Translations under genes and position numbers: made by a program
The notes under the pieces: generated by a model
Told to the model about the DNA's origin: nothing
The model's database searches: none
Seen by the model: the letters and a program-made list of their open reading frames with translations, nothing else
Assembly (NCBI GenBank): GCA_028534125.1
Contig: CM052817.1
Coordinates: 31,250,001-31,314,000 of the forward strand
Direction of reading: 5' to 3'
DNA from: Lama glama
Taxonomy: Eukaryota
DNA length: 64,000 nucleotides
Shown: in pieces, positions 55,040-64,000 of the stretch
Position numbering within the stretch: position 1 is the first letter of the stretch
Layout of the letters: every line of letters starts with the position of its first letter

Positions 55040-56820
55040 ATGTGAGTAAGCCTTTAGAAGTTTCTCTCACTATGATGAGTAATAATGACCAGATTTACTC
55101 TCCTGCCTTAAACAACTGGAAAATCAGACAAAATACATGAAACAACAGTTTTTCAGACATTAGACAATTGGGCAGCACAGGACAAAAACCCCTATGAGAA
55201 GAGAAACAAACAAGGTGAGTCCTATGATAACACAAACTTAGACCTGGAGGATTCCAGGCTGCAGCTCAGGGTGAAAGATCACAAGGAGAGTCCAGTGGTC
55301 TCACCAAGATGAGCAGACAAAATTCATAGTTCAGAGAAGTCAGTGTGGAGAGAATTTGTGGAGAAGTGTAGCATAAAATATAAAGTTCACAAAGTCTGGG
55401 AACCAATCAAAAGTCACCCAGCACACAAAGAAGCAGGAAAACATAATCCAAAAGGAAAAGAAAAGTCAATCAACAAGAATAGAGCCAAAAATGACAGATG
55501 ACAGAATTAGAAGACAAGGACATTAAAAAGGCATTAGAAGTACAGCCCAGATGTACACTCAAGAAAGAGGAAAGCACGAGCATACAAAGAACAGATATGG
55601 AAGACATAAAAAAAGATACAACTCCAAGTCTCAGAGATGAAAAAATATCGTCTGAGATGAAAAAGCACATGATGGGATAAACAATGGGACTAAACAATGA
55701 AGACGAAAATTAGTAAACTTGAAGACAAAGTTATACACACCAACGTAAAATATGGAAATTAAATAATAAACAGAGTATCAGTGACCTTTGGGACTTCAAG
55801 TAGCATGACATACACGTCATGGGAGTCTCAGAAGGCAATGGGTGGGAGGAAATATCTGAAGAAATAAAGATTGAAAATTTCACAAATTTGTTGAAAATTA
55901 TAAATAGACCTAAGAAGCTCAACAAAAACTGAGCTAAGAAACATGAAGAAAACTATACAAAGGAACAGCACACACGAACTGCTGAAGACTAACGATAAAA
56001 GAGAAAAATCTTTAAAAATAGCCAAAGAAAAAAGACATATTACATACAAAAGAACAAGGATAGCAAAGATAATGGAGCAACATGTTTAACGTATGGGGGA
56101 AATATTCTAGCAAACTAAAATTCTACAGTAAGAATATTTTTCACAAACAAAAGCTAAAGATTATTTATAAATGTTGGAAGAATTTATGAGCAGCACTACA
56201 AGAAATGTTAAAGGAAGTCCTTCAGACAAAAGAAAATTAAACCAGATAAAAACCTGAACCTAAACAAAATGATGAAAAGCACCAAAAATTATTAATTTGA
56301 TGATAAATATAAAAGACTACTACTTCTTATTTTTTCAAACTCTTTAAAAAATACTTGACTGTTTAAAGCAAAAAAAAAATAATGTAAGGTTTATAAAATA
56401 TATGGGTATAAAATTGTCTGAGAATTGAATAAAGGAGTTAAAATGGAATCATTGAAAAATAACACTCAATCAAATAAAAGACACAAAAGAGGGAAAAAGA
56501 ACAAAGAAAAGATGGGAAAATAGAAAATAAACAGCAAAATGATAGATTTAAATCCAACCATTTTATTAAGGATCACAATAAATGTAAATGACCTACACCT
56601 GAATTAAATGACAAAGATTGAATAAAACAATTATCTAAATGCTGTCTATAAGAAATCTATTTTAAATATAAAGATATAAGTAAGTTAAAAGTAAAAGAAT
56701 GGAAAAGACATACCATATTAACATTAAGCAAAACAAAGTTGAAATCACTATATCTAATAGATTTAAGACCAAGGAATCTCACCAAGGAGATAGAGGGATA
56801 ATTCATAAAAAAGGGACTCA
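55040..56820 (+). mobile_element. old L1 5' portion (5' UTR, ORF1, start of ORF2), degenerate
   Basis: ORF1-like MTELEDKDIKKA..., gaaatatctgaagaaataaagattgaaaatttc, ctacaagaaatgttaaaggaagtccttcag; endonuclease-start-like aaatgtaaatg...tgctgtctataaga. Confidence 0.7.
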
Positions 56821-57219
56821 AAAAAACCTGCAAATCTACAGACTCAATAATATATTCCAGCTGGCCTCATACTGAACCAAATTTCTGTAAATAAGATTTG
56901 AAAACAGAAGTTAAGCCTCCACCATACCAAACGAACTATCACTAACACTGCTATGATATTTTATAGTCAGGGAACAAAAACAACCCAAGAACCAAGTCAA
57001 AAGAATTATGCACAAGACAAACAGACACCCTTGTTATTTAAAAACCTTGGTAAGATTTCCTACAAATACAAACAATAATCTAGAATATTTATTAATATTT
57101 CATATGGAAAGCAAAGAATATGCCTGAATATTTGAGGAACAAGTCAAGATGGCATTTATCACAGGCCCAAAAAAGGAAAATTCAAGAGAATTTTAAAATC
57201 AGTTTTCCAAGCTTATTAC

Positions 57220-57342
57220 CTTTCTCCTACACTGATGCTTCTGACAGTCACGCATCTTAACACACTTAGTTTCACACAGGTAAGATTTATGACATGGCAT
57301 TCGCTTTGTATGCTTTCCACAGCGACAATGCTTTTCCACTTC
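57220..57342 (-). CDS. NFXL1: NFXL1 coding exon (~11)
   Basis: ccag|GAA...AAG|gtaata; 123 nt; [41 protein letters not shown]. Confidence 0.95.
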
Positions 57343-57990
57343 CTGGAAGAATCAAATAATGCTATTAAAATTGACGTTTGTTGACATGATTTTTTTTTCC
57401 ACATTGCAGTCTCTATAATTACAAAAAATGAAAGAGAAAAGTTTTAAGAGTCTTTTGTATGAAAGACTTTAAAAAAAAATAAAGCTGAATTTCCTAAGAC
57501 ATTTATTTGTATTACTTTATTCCAAAAAGACTTCATGGAATTTCCATTATTAAATTTAGTAAGAATTTGAAATTAAATAGTAAAATAATATCATACATTA
57601 AAATCCTTTACATCTAGTTACACCAAAACAACTGCACATCTAATTTCAGTAAAACAAGAAAACTGGATTACCCAGCAGTATTTCAAAACCAAAATGGCAT
57701 CTAGGCTTTTTTTTTCCCATCATCACTAGGCCTAATTCATCACTGCTCTGAATGTCTTCTGGGAACAAACAACTCCTCACCAGACTGAAAATGACAACAT
57801 TCAAACTTTCATCAGGCAAAACAAGAAAAGGTAATTTCAGATTTAATTACTGGCATACTCTCCTGTTTCTTCATCATAAATATTAGGTCATGACATAGAT
57901 GTTTATGAAAACAATTACAGAACAATCCCATTTGACATATTATGACAGACAGACAGCTCTTAAGAGTAATTATTGCAGGAGATTACTAAC

Positions 57991-58115
57991 TTGTCTGCAT
58001 GTTTCACAAGGACCTCGGTGACAACGCTGTGAACATCTATGGATTCCACATTCAAGTACTTTGTCACAACTATCTCCACAAGTTGGTACATCTTCTGTAC
58101 AAGGCAAAGAAAACT
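57991..58115 (-). CDS. NFXL1: NFXL1 coding exon (~10), NF-X1 zinc finger
   Basis: ttag|AG TTT...CAA|gttagt; 125 nt; [41 protein letters not shown]. Confidence 0.95.
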
Positions 58116-58749
58116 CTAAAAGCAGACAGAAAGTCAGTATTAATGATAACATTCATTATTATAAAGTCTTAATAATGTGCCATGTTCTTTTGACTTTCCA
58201 AAGAATGACAGCTCTTTCAGACTATGAATTTTTGCGTCTACATAATTATCGGTAAAAGTTAACTTTGATGAAAATAATCTCTAATATTTTTCAAGTTTGT
58301 ATTTTTAAAAAGAAATCCACACATGACAAGTTATCAGACTCCAGGAGCACATTTTTATGAGCTAATGACTTCAAAATTACTTTTCTAAAGAAATAAGACC
58401 ATGTAAATCACTACAAAAATTTCTATAATATATAGAACAATAAAAAAAAATTTGCTCTATGCTCACACAGGCACCTTTCATCTGTGTGGCCTGCTGCTGT
58501 CTGTGGTAGCATACCCCTAATAACCTTTTCCTTCCAAAATAAAAAAATTTGCTCTAAACAACATTATAGGTTAAAAAAAAAAGATCTAGATTTTAAAACA
58601 CTATGAAACTGAGCTTTAACATAAACATATTATGAAAAATATTGATGATAATCTTGTAATTGTGCTGGTACTGGTGCAGAGTCAGGACAGTGAACTCCAA
58701 ATGCAACCCTTTATCTTAAAGTAGCCAAAATTAAATTCACCTATAATCT

Positions 58750-58990
58750 AATACACAATAATGACAATAGCTTATGATAATGAGGTTTCCTGCATGTGCT
58801 GGGCACTATACTAAATACTTTATGTCCATTTTATCATTTAATTCTCGCAATTATCTTATAAAGAAAGTACTATTATTGTCCCCATTTAACTTGAGAAAAC
58901 TGCAGTTCATGAAGGTGGGATCTGAATCCAAATATGCCCAACTCCAGAATCTGAGTTCTTAATCCACTATGCTATATTGTCCTCTCATCC
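58750..58990 (-). mobile_element. MIR SINE (other MIR pieces at ~4810-4948, 22400-22690, 31820-32030, 52940-53230, 53820-54050)
   Basis: tcatttaattctcgcaa...tattattgtccccattt...gagaaaactg...tcttaatccactatgct core. Confidence 0.7.
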
Positions 58991-59119
58991 AAATATACAG
59001 AAATCTATCAAATTTATATTATTGTTGAAACTACATTATGAACTACCAGAGAAACCTAATTTAATTAGGAAAATACTCTAATTAGCATAAAACCATTAAA
59101 GGTTAAAAAAAAGTCTTAC

Positions 59120-59234
59120 TTGACTTCTGACATGGACAGAACCTTTTCCCAGATCGAGGACACTCTCCACAAGCACCTACATGGCAAATCTGCTCACACG
59201 TATGATTACCACATGGCAGTGTTTTCCCACAAAC
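59120..59234 (-). CDS. NFXL1: NFXL1 coding exon (~9), NF-X1 zinc finger
   Basis: ttag|GTT...TCA A|gtaaga; 115 nt; [38 protein letters not shown]. Confidence 0.95.
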
Positions 59235-59879
59235 CTAAAATAAAATGCAATAAGCACTGATTAAATACTTAAAAATTAACAAAAAACTCTGTACATGACA
59301 TAATCATTTCTCAGTCACCAATAAGCACTTCTTTATGTTCCTCATATTATTAAGCTTTATAGCTTACAGAGGCATAATATATATATATACATAAGCATAA
59401 ACAGACATACACACATATGTACACACACACATTTCTTATGTACCAGAGTATATTATAAAAATATAATAAAGGAAAAAAGAACATACAGTTTCATATGGCC
59501 GTTCACCAAAGATTTCCAAAAGGTACTAAAATCATGCCAATTCCAAAACAAACAATCTAAAGAAGCAATCTTACTTCCTCAATTGGATTAACTCAAGAAG
59601 AGGAAAAAGAGAGGGAGGGAGTGGGGACAGCTAGCAAGAAAGAGAGTACATATGTACTGAATCTGAAATTCAACAAATAGCTGTCAATTTAAAATAAAAT
59701 TTCCCCTGGTAATTAAAACAATATTAAATTTTAAAAGTTCCCAAAAACATGAATAAAATTCCCCTGGGTTGCTATTCTTCCTCTCCTTTTATTCGACTAA
59801 ACCTGATTAGCATTTCTAATTGCTCATTATGCTTTCTGTATACTTCAGTACACATCCCTCAAAATGCACACGCACTTAC

Positions 59880-59980
59880 TTGATCACAGTGCCACAGTGG
59901 ACTTGCACAGCTTCTTTCAGCCATTTGTTTGCCACAGACACACTTTTGTCTACTAACTCTTGGACAGGGTGGACAACTTC
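59880..59980 (-). CDS. NFXL1: NFXL1 coding exon (~8)
   Basis: ttag|GA AGT...CAA|gtaagt; 101 nt; [33 protein letters not shown]; preceded by a 102-nt intron. Confidence 0.95.
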
Positions 59981-60082
59981 CTAAAATCAAAATGATGAAT
60001 TAGAACAGAGCATTATAAGAACAATAGAGACTGCTTTCATTTTTGCTTAAGGTCAGAACACCTAACACGTATGACCTTCTAC

Positions 60083-60244
60083 CTGCATGACAAGGATTTT
60101 CACATTTATGTTGTCCACAAAGTAACTTCCGCCCACATGGCAGCTGACAGGACCATTCCTTAGCACTGCACCGACGAGGGATAGGTTTTGCTTTCCTACA
60201 GAAACAGGTAGTTGTGACCATCTTTGGACAAGGAGGGCAGGGAC
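60083..60244 (-). CDS. NFXL1: NFXL1 coding exon (~7), NF-X1 zinc finger
   Basis: ctag|GT CCC...GCA G|gtagaa; 162 nt; [53 protein letters not shown]. Confidence 0.96.
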
Positions 60245-60388
60245 CTAGAATCCAATGAAAGTTAAAAAAAAAAAATCAGAAGCCAAAAGTTAAAATTTTC
60301 AGTTCCTACACCTATCGGCATTTTCTAAAGCTTTCCTTACGGATACTTTCAAAGACAATCCCTTCCAATACTTTCTTACGTAAATTTA

Positions 60389-60763
<375 letters not shown>

Positions 60764-62894
60764 TTAATGTAACCTCTGCTCCATCTTTGTATTAGTAAGA
60801 AACAAGATTTTACTAAAATCAACTTCAACTATCTCAAACAGCTCTGCCAGATAATTTCCTGAGATGATGAAGGTGTTCTATACCTGCCATGTCCATTAGT
60901 AGCCGTTAACCACATACGGCGAGTGAGCACTTCAAACGTGGTTAATACATACAACTCAGGAAGAAATGATTCTCTATTTCATAATTTTTAAACATTCAGA
61001 TAACCACATATGGCCAGTTGCTACTGTATTACATAATACATATCTAGAATACAGCTACAAAAAGAAAGCAACACTAGCTTTCTACTAACCACCTGAACTT
61101 TATATTCTTTCCTATTTTATAAAGCTCAATGTTTTAAAAGTTTGGCTGGCCAGTCTACAAATGAGCAAAATATATTAGCAATAGCAAACCAAAGAAAGAA
61201 ATCAGGTTATGGGTAGGTAACACAGCAGCAAGAAACATGACTCAAGATCTAGAATTTATGTTAAATAATAACTTAATTAAAAATTACTATTACAAAACAA
61301 TTTAGAATTAAGGGGAAAAATATTTGAACATAAACAAAGAATCTCATATATCTCAACAACTAATACAAAATGGATATATTTCAAATGTGCCTAAGTTAAA
61401 AAAAAGTTCAAATACTGTTTCATATTCTCTGCTAAAACAGAAAGATTTTTATCTAGCAAGATCAAAATGAAGAAATTTTGTTCCTAGAAGTGTTAAACTT
61501 CAGTTCTATTAAATTTGTTTGTAGGTCATAAATCACTTCATTCTCAAAAGAAGTGCTAACCCTACTATCCTCCAGACAAGTGAGTTGTTAGTATACTACA
61601 CTAGAAGAACAACTTCACATCATCATTTAAATTTCTTTTGTATCATATACAATATACTTTCATTTTCCTGAGAACATGTTCTGTTTCTAAATAAATGCCA
61701 CATTAATACTCAGAGTAACCAAAAGATATCTGTTCTTGTAATTTAAAATCAAAAACAAAACACCATGTCTCATCTGGAATTAAAAAATGGAATTTTGTTG
61801 GAAGAATTAAAATTTCCTTTACTAAAAGAAAATTACTAAACTTAGATACAAGTGGCTTAAAAGCAACTCACTACACCTTAAAGCTGTCCATCAATATTGA
61901 GACTGAATTGTTCCAAGAGACTGGAGAGGGCAACAGGTACAAATCCATGAGTTTTATTTAAAATAACAGCATGCTAACGATGAAATGTAATTATGCCATA
62001 TCTTGTTTATAAACAAGCAATACCTCAGTAGAAACATGTATTTTAAAAGTCTGATCTCTAGAAAACAACTAATTTTAAAATATTGACATTTTTATCAAGT
62101 TCTAGCTTCATCTTGATGAGGATTGAACAAAATGTGTTCTTAACCAGAATAGTCATTTATTTTCTTTCTTAGAAAATGTAAAGCATGGAAAGCAAAGATT
62201 ATTACATATTTGATTCAATTTTTGTCCCTTTTAGACTTAAGAGTGGTGGTTCATTCCTCTCTTAGCTGGTATTTTCTACCCCTGTGGCAAAATGACTACA
62301 TAAAATAGAAATGAGAACAACAAAGTTGAGAAAGAGCACATTAAAGTTTAAATCTCTAAAATTAAGCCAGAATATCTCGTTTAAGTCTCTATTAAACACT
62401 ACAATCCTTTCACAAATAAATAATATGTAATACCAAACTAGCTGATTTTGAAATTTTAAACTGTTTCAGAGAAGCCAATTTTTAATGAAGAAAAAACAAA
62501 CAACATATCTAAAAGTAGTATTATGAGACTAAACTCAGAAAAATAGAAAAAGAAATGAATTTAGAAATCAGAAATCCTAGGCTGCAAATCCTGGCTTCAT
62601 TTCCTAAGGGTAAGAGAAGTCTGAACATACCATTTTGCTTTAATTAACTCCAATATTCCCATTGGTAATATGGGAATAAAATCACTGACATATGGTAGAA
62701 AATTATTTTTGCAAAGTAACTAGTATATCTAAAATGTTTTTTAAAACTACACTACCCACAATTTAACAAATGTATCAGTATTTATGGTAATGGGGAGGTC
62801 TGATGTGGATCCAGGTTTTCTGAAGACTGAATCTTATACAATTTGAGAGCTCTGTTAAGGAAAAGAACAAAATTACAAATAAAAAAATAGTTAC

Positions 62895-63039
62895 GGGGGA
62901 GGGTGTAGCTCAGTGGTAGAGTGTGTGCTTAGCATGCGCGAGGTCCTGGGTTCAATCCCCAGTACCTCCATTAAAAAATAGTAAGAATAAGTAAAGAAAT
63001 AAATAAACCTAATTACCTCCCCCCCCCGAAAAAAAAAAA
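62895..63039 (+). mobile_element. tRNA-Ala(AGC)-derived camelid SINE (Vic-1-like), young
   Basis: A box TAGCTCAGTGG 62906-62916, B box GGTTCAATCCC 62949-62959, ctaattacctccc plus poly-A; TSD (A-rich)AGTTAC at 62889-62894 and 63040-63045. Confidence 0.9.
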
Positions 63040-63636
63040 AGTTACAAAAGTGAATATTAACATGAACACAGAGCTCCTGTAGTTTATCCTTCATTACCTT
63101 GACAGTAAGTCTACCCTCTGGGTTGCCAGTATGAATAAAATTTTTATTGTCTTTATTTAGCAAAGATATACTATTTCCACTCCCCAACTCTTTATGAAAA
63201 TATAATAAAAGTTCAAGATCAAACAATTATCAATAATAAGCCAAACTAATAAAATAAGTGTAAAAAATTTAATAATATTGTGTAATATACACCTGTAGTT
63301 CTGAGATATATCAAAGATAAAACTGGGAAGCTTACGATCAAAATTTTAGATGACAGTCTAGTACAATATAACACTAACAGATACTAAAGGGTAACTAAGA
63401 AGTTGTTTTGTAGGGGAAAATACAGAGCCTGAATGATTTATTACTTATCGAAAGGAACTGGTAGTTACACAAAATGTGGGAGACAGGGGTGGGCATTACC
63501 AGGTCCCATACCTTAACAAACCAAACAACTAATTGAAAGCCAAACATGGATAATGAAACTGCCAATTAAGCAATTTATGAAATACAATTTTCATTTATTT
63601 TACAACTAAATATTCCAACTAAATTAGAAAAAGTTA

Positions 63637-63768
<132 letters not shown>

Positions 63769-64000
63769 CTAAGACAAAGGTAACAGAAATTAACAGTATG
63801 CAATGACTTTTCTTTGATAATTCCATAATAGTTTAAAATAAGCATCACACTTATTTTCAAAAACTACCTAAGGATTAAAGAAAAAGTTTTCCTTCCAATT
63901 TAATAGAAGCAATGTTCTTTATAAAAATTAATTTACACGTAGAACATTTTAAAGAAAAATATGGATTATCTAGGTTCATTCAGCTAGAAATACCTACTGC

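Noticed and set aside
62899..62970. tRNA-Ala(AGC) gene
   Set aside because: Acceptor-stem mismatch, SINE tail, poly-A, TSD and two diverged sister copies show it is a SINE head

Overview
Mammalian genomic DNA, most likely camelid (alpaca/llama/camel) because it carries three tRNA-Ala-derived Vic-1-type SINEs. Two genes lie head-to-tail on the minus strand. (1) NFXL1: the 3' 19 coding exons (63768 down to the stop at 25909). I spliced them by hand; all junctions are GT-AG and phase-consistent, giving 739 aa: end of the RING/PHD-like finger, NF-X1 zinc fingers, coiled coil and C-terminal transmembrane segment. The NFXL1 start lies beyond the right edge. (2) CORIN: promoter/CpG island and first exon(s) at about 19.3-20 kb; the left ~19 kb is CORIN intron 1, and I did not find exon 2. 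The rest is typical mammalian repeat landscape (L1, L2, MIR, MaLR/ERVL LTRs, hAT/Tigger fossils) plus a 500-N assembly gap. I found no prokaryote-type system (CRISPR, defence island) and no clearly new gene. The most interesting structure is the CORIN 5' end. It has a human-type exon 1 whose ATG sits 3 codons upstream of an ACG, and a separate, frame-intact rodent-type long-tail exon 1a that begins with GTG and has its own phase-0 donor and a possible in-frame acceptor. Other leads are a phase-compatible NFXL1-CORIN read-through, a CTCF site between the genes, a candidate antisense exon, and several templated or TPRT-type micro-insertions. Gene and repeat names and cross-species comparisons are from memory, not database searches.
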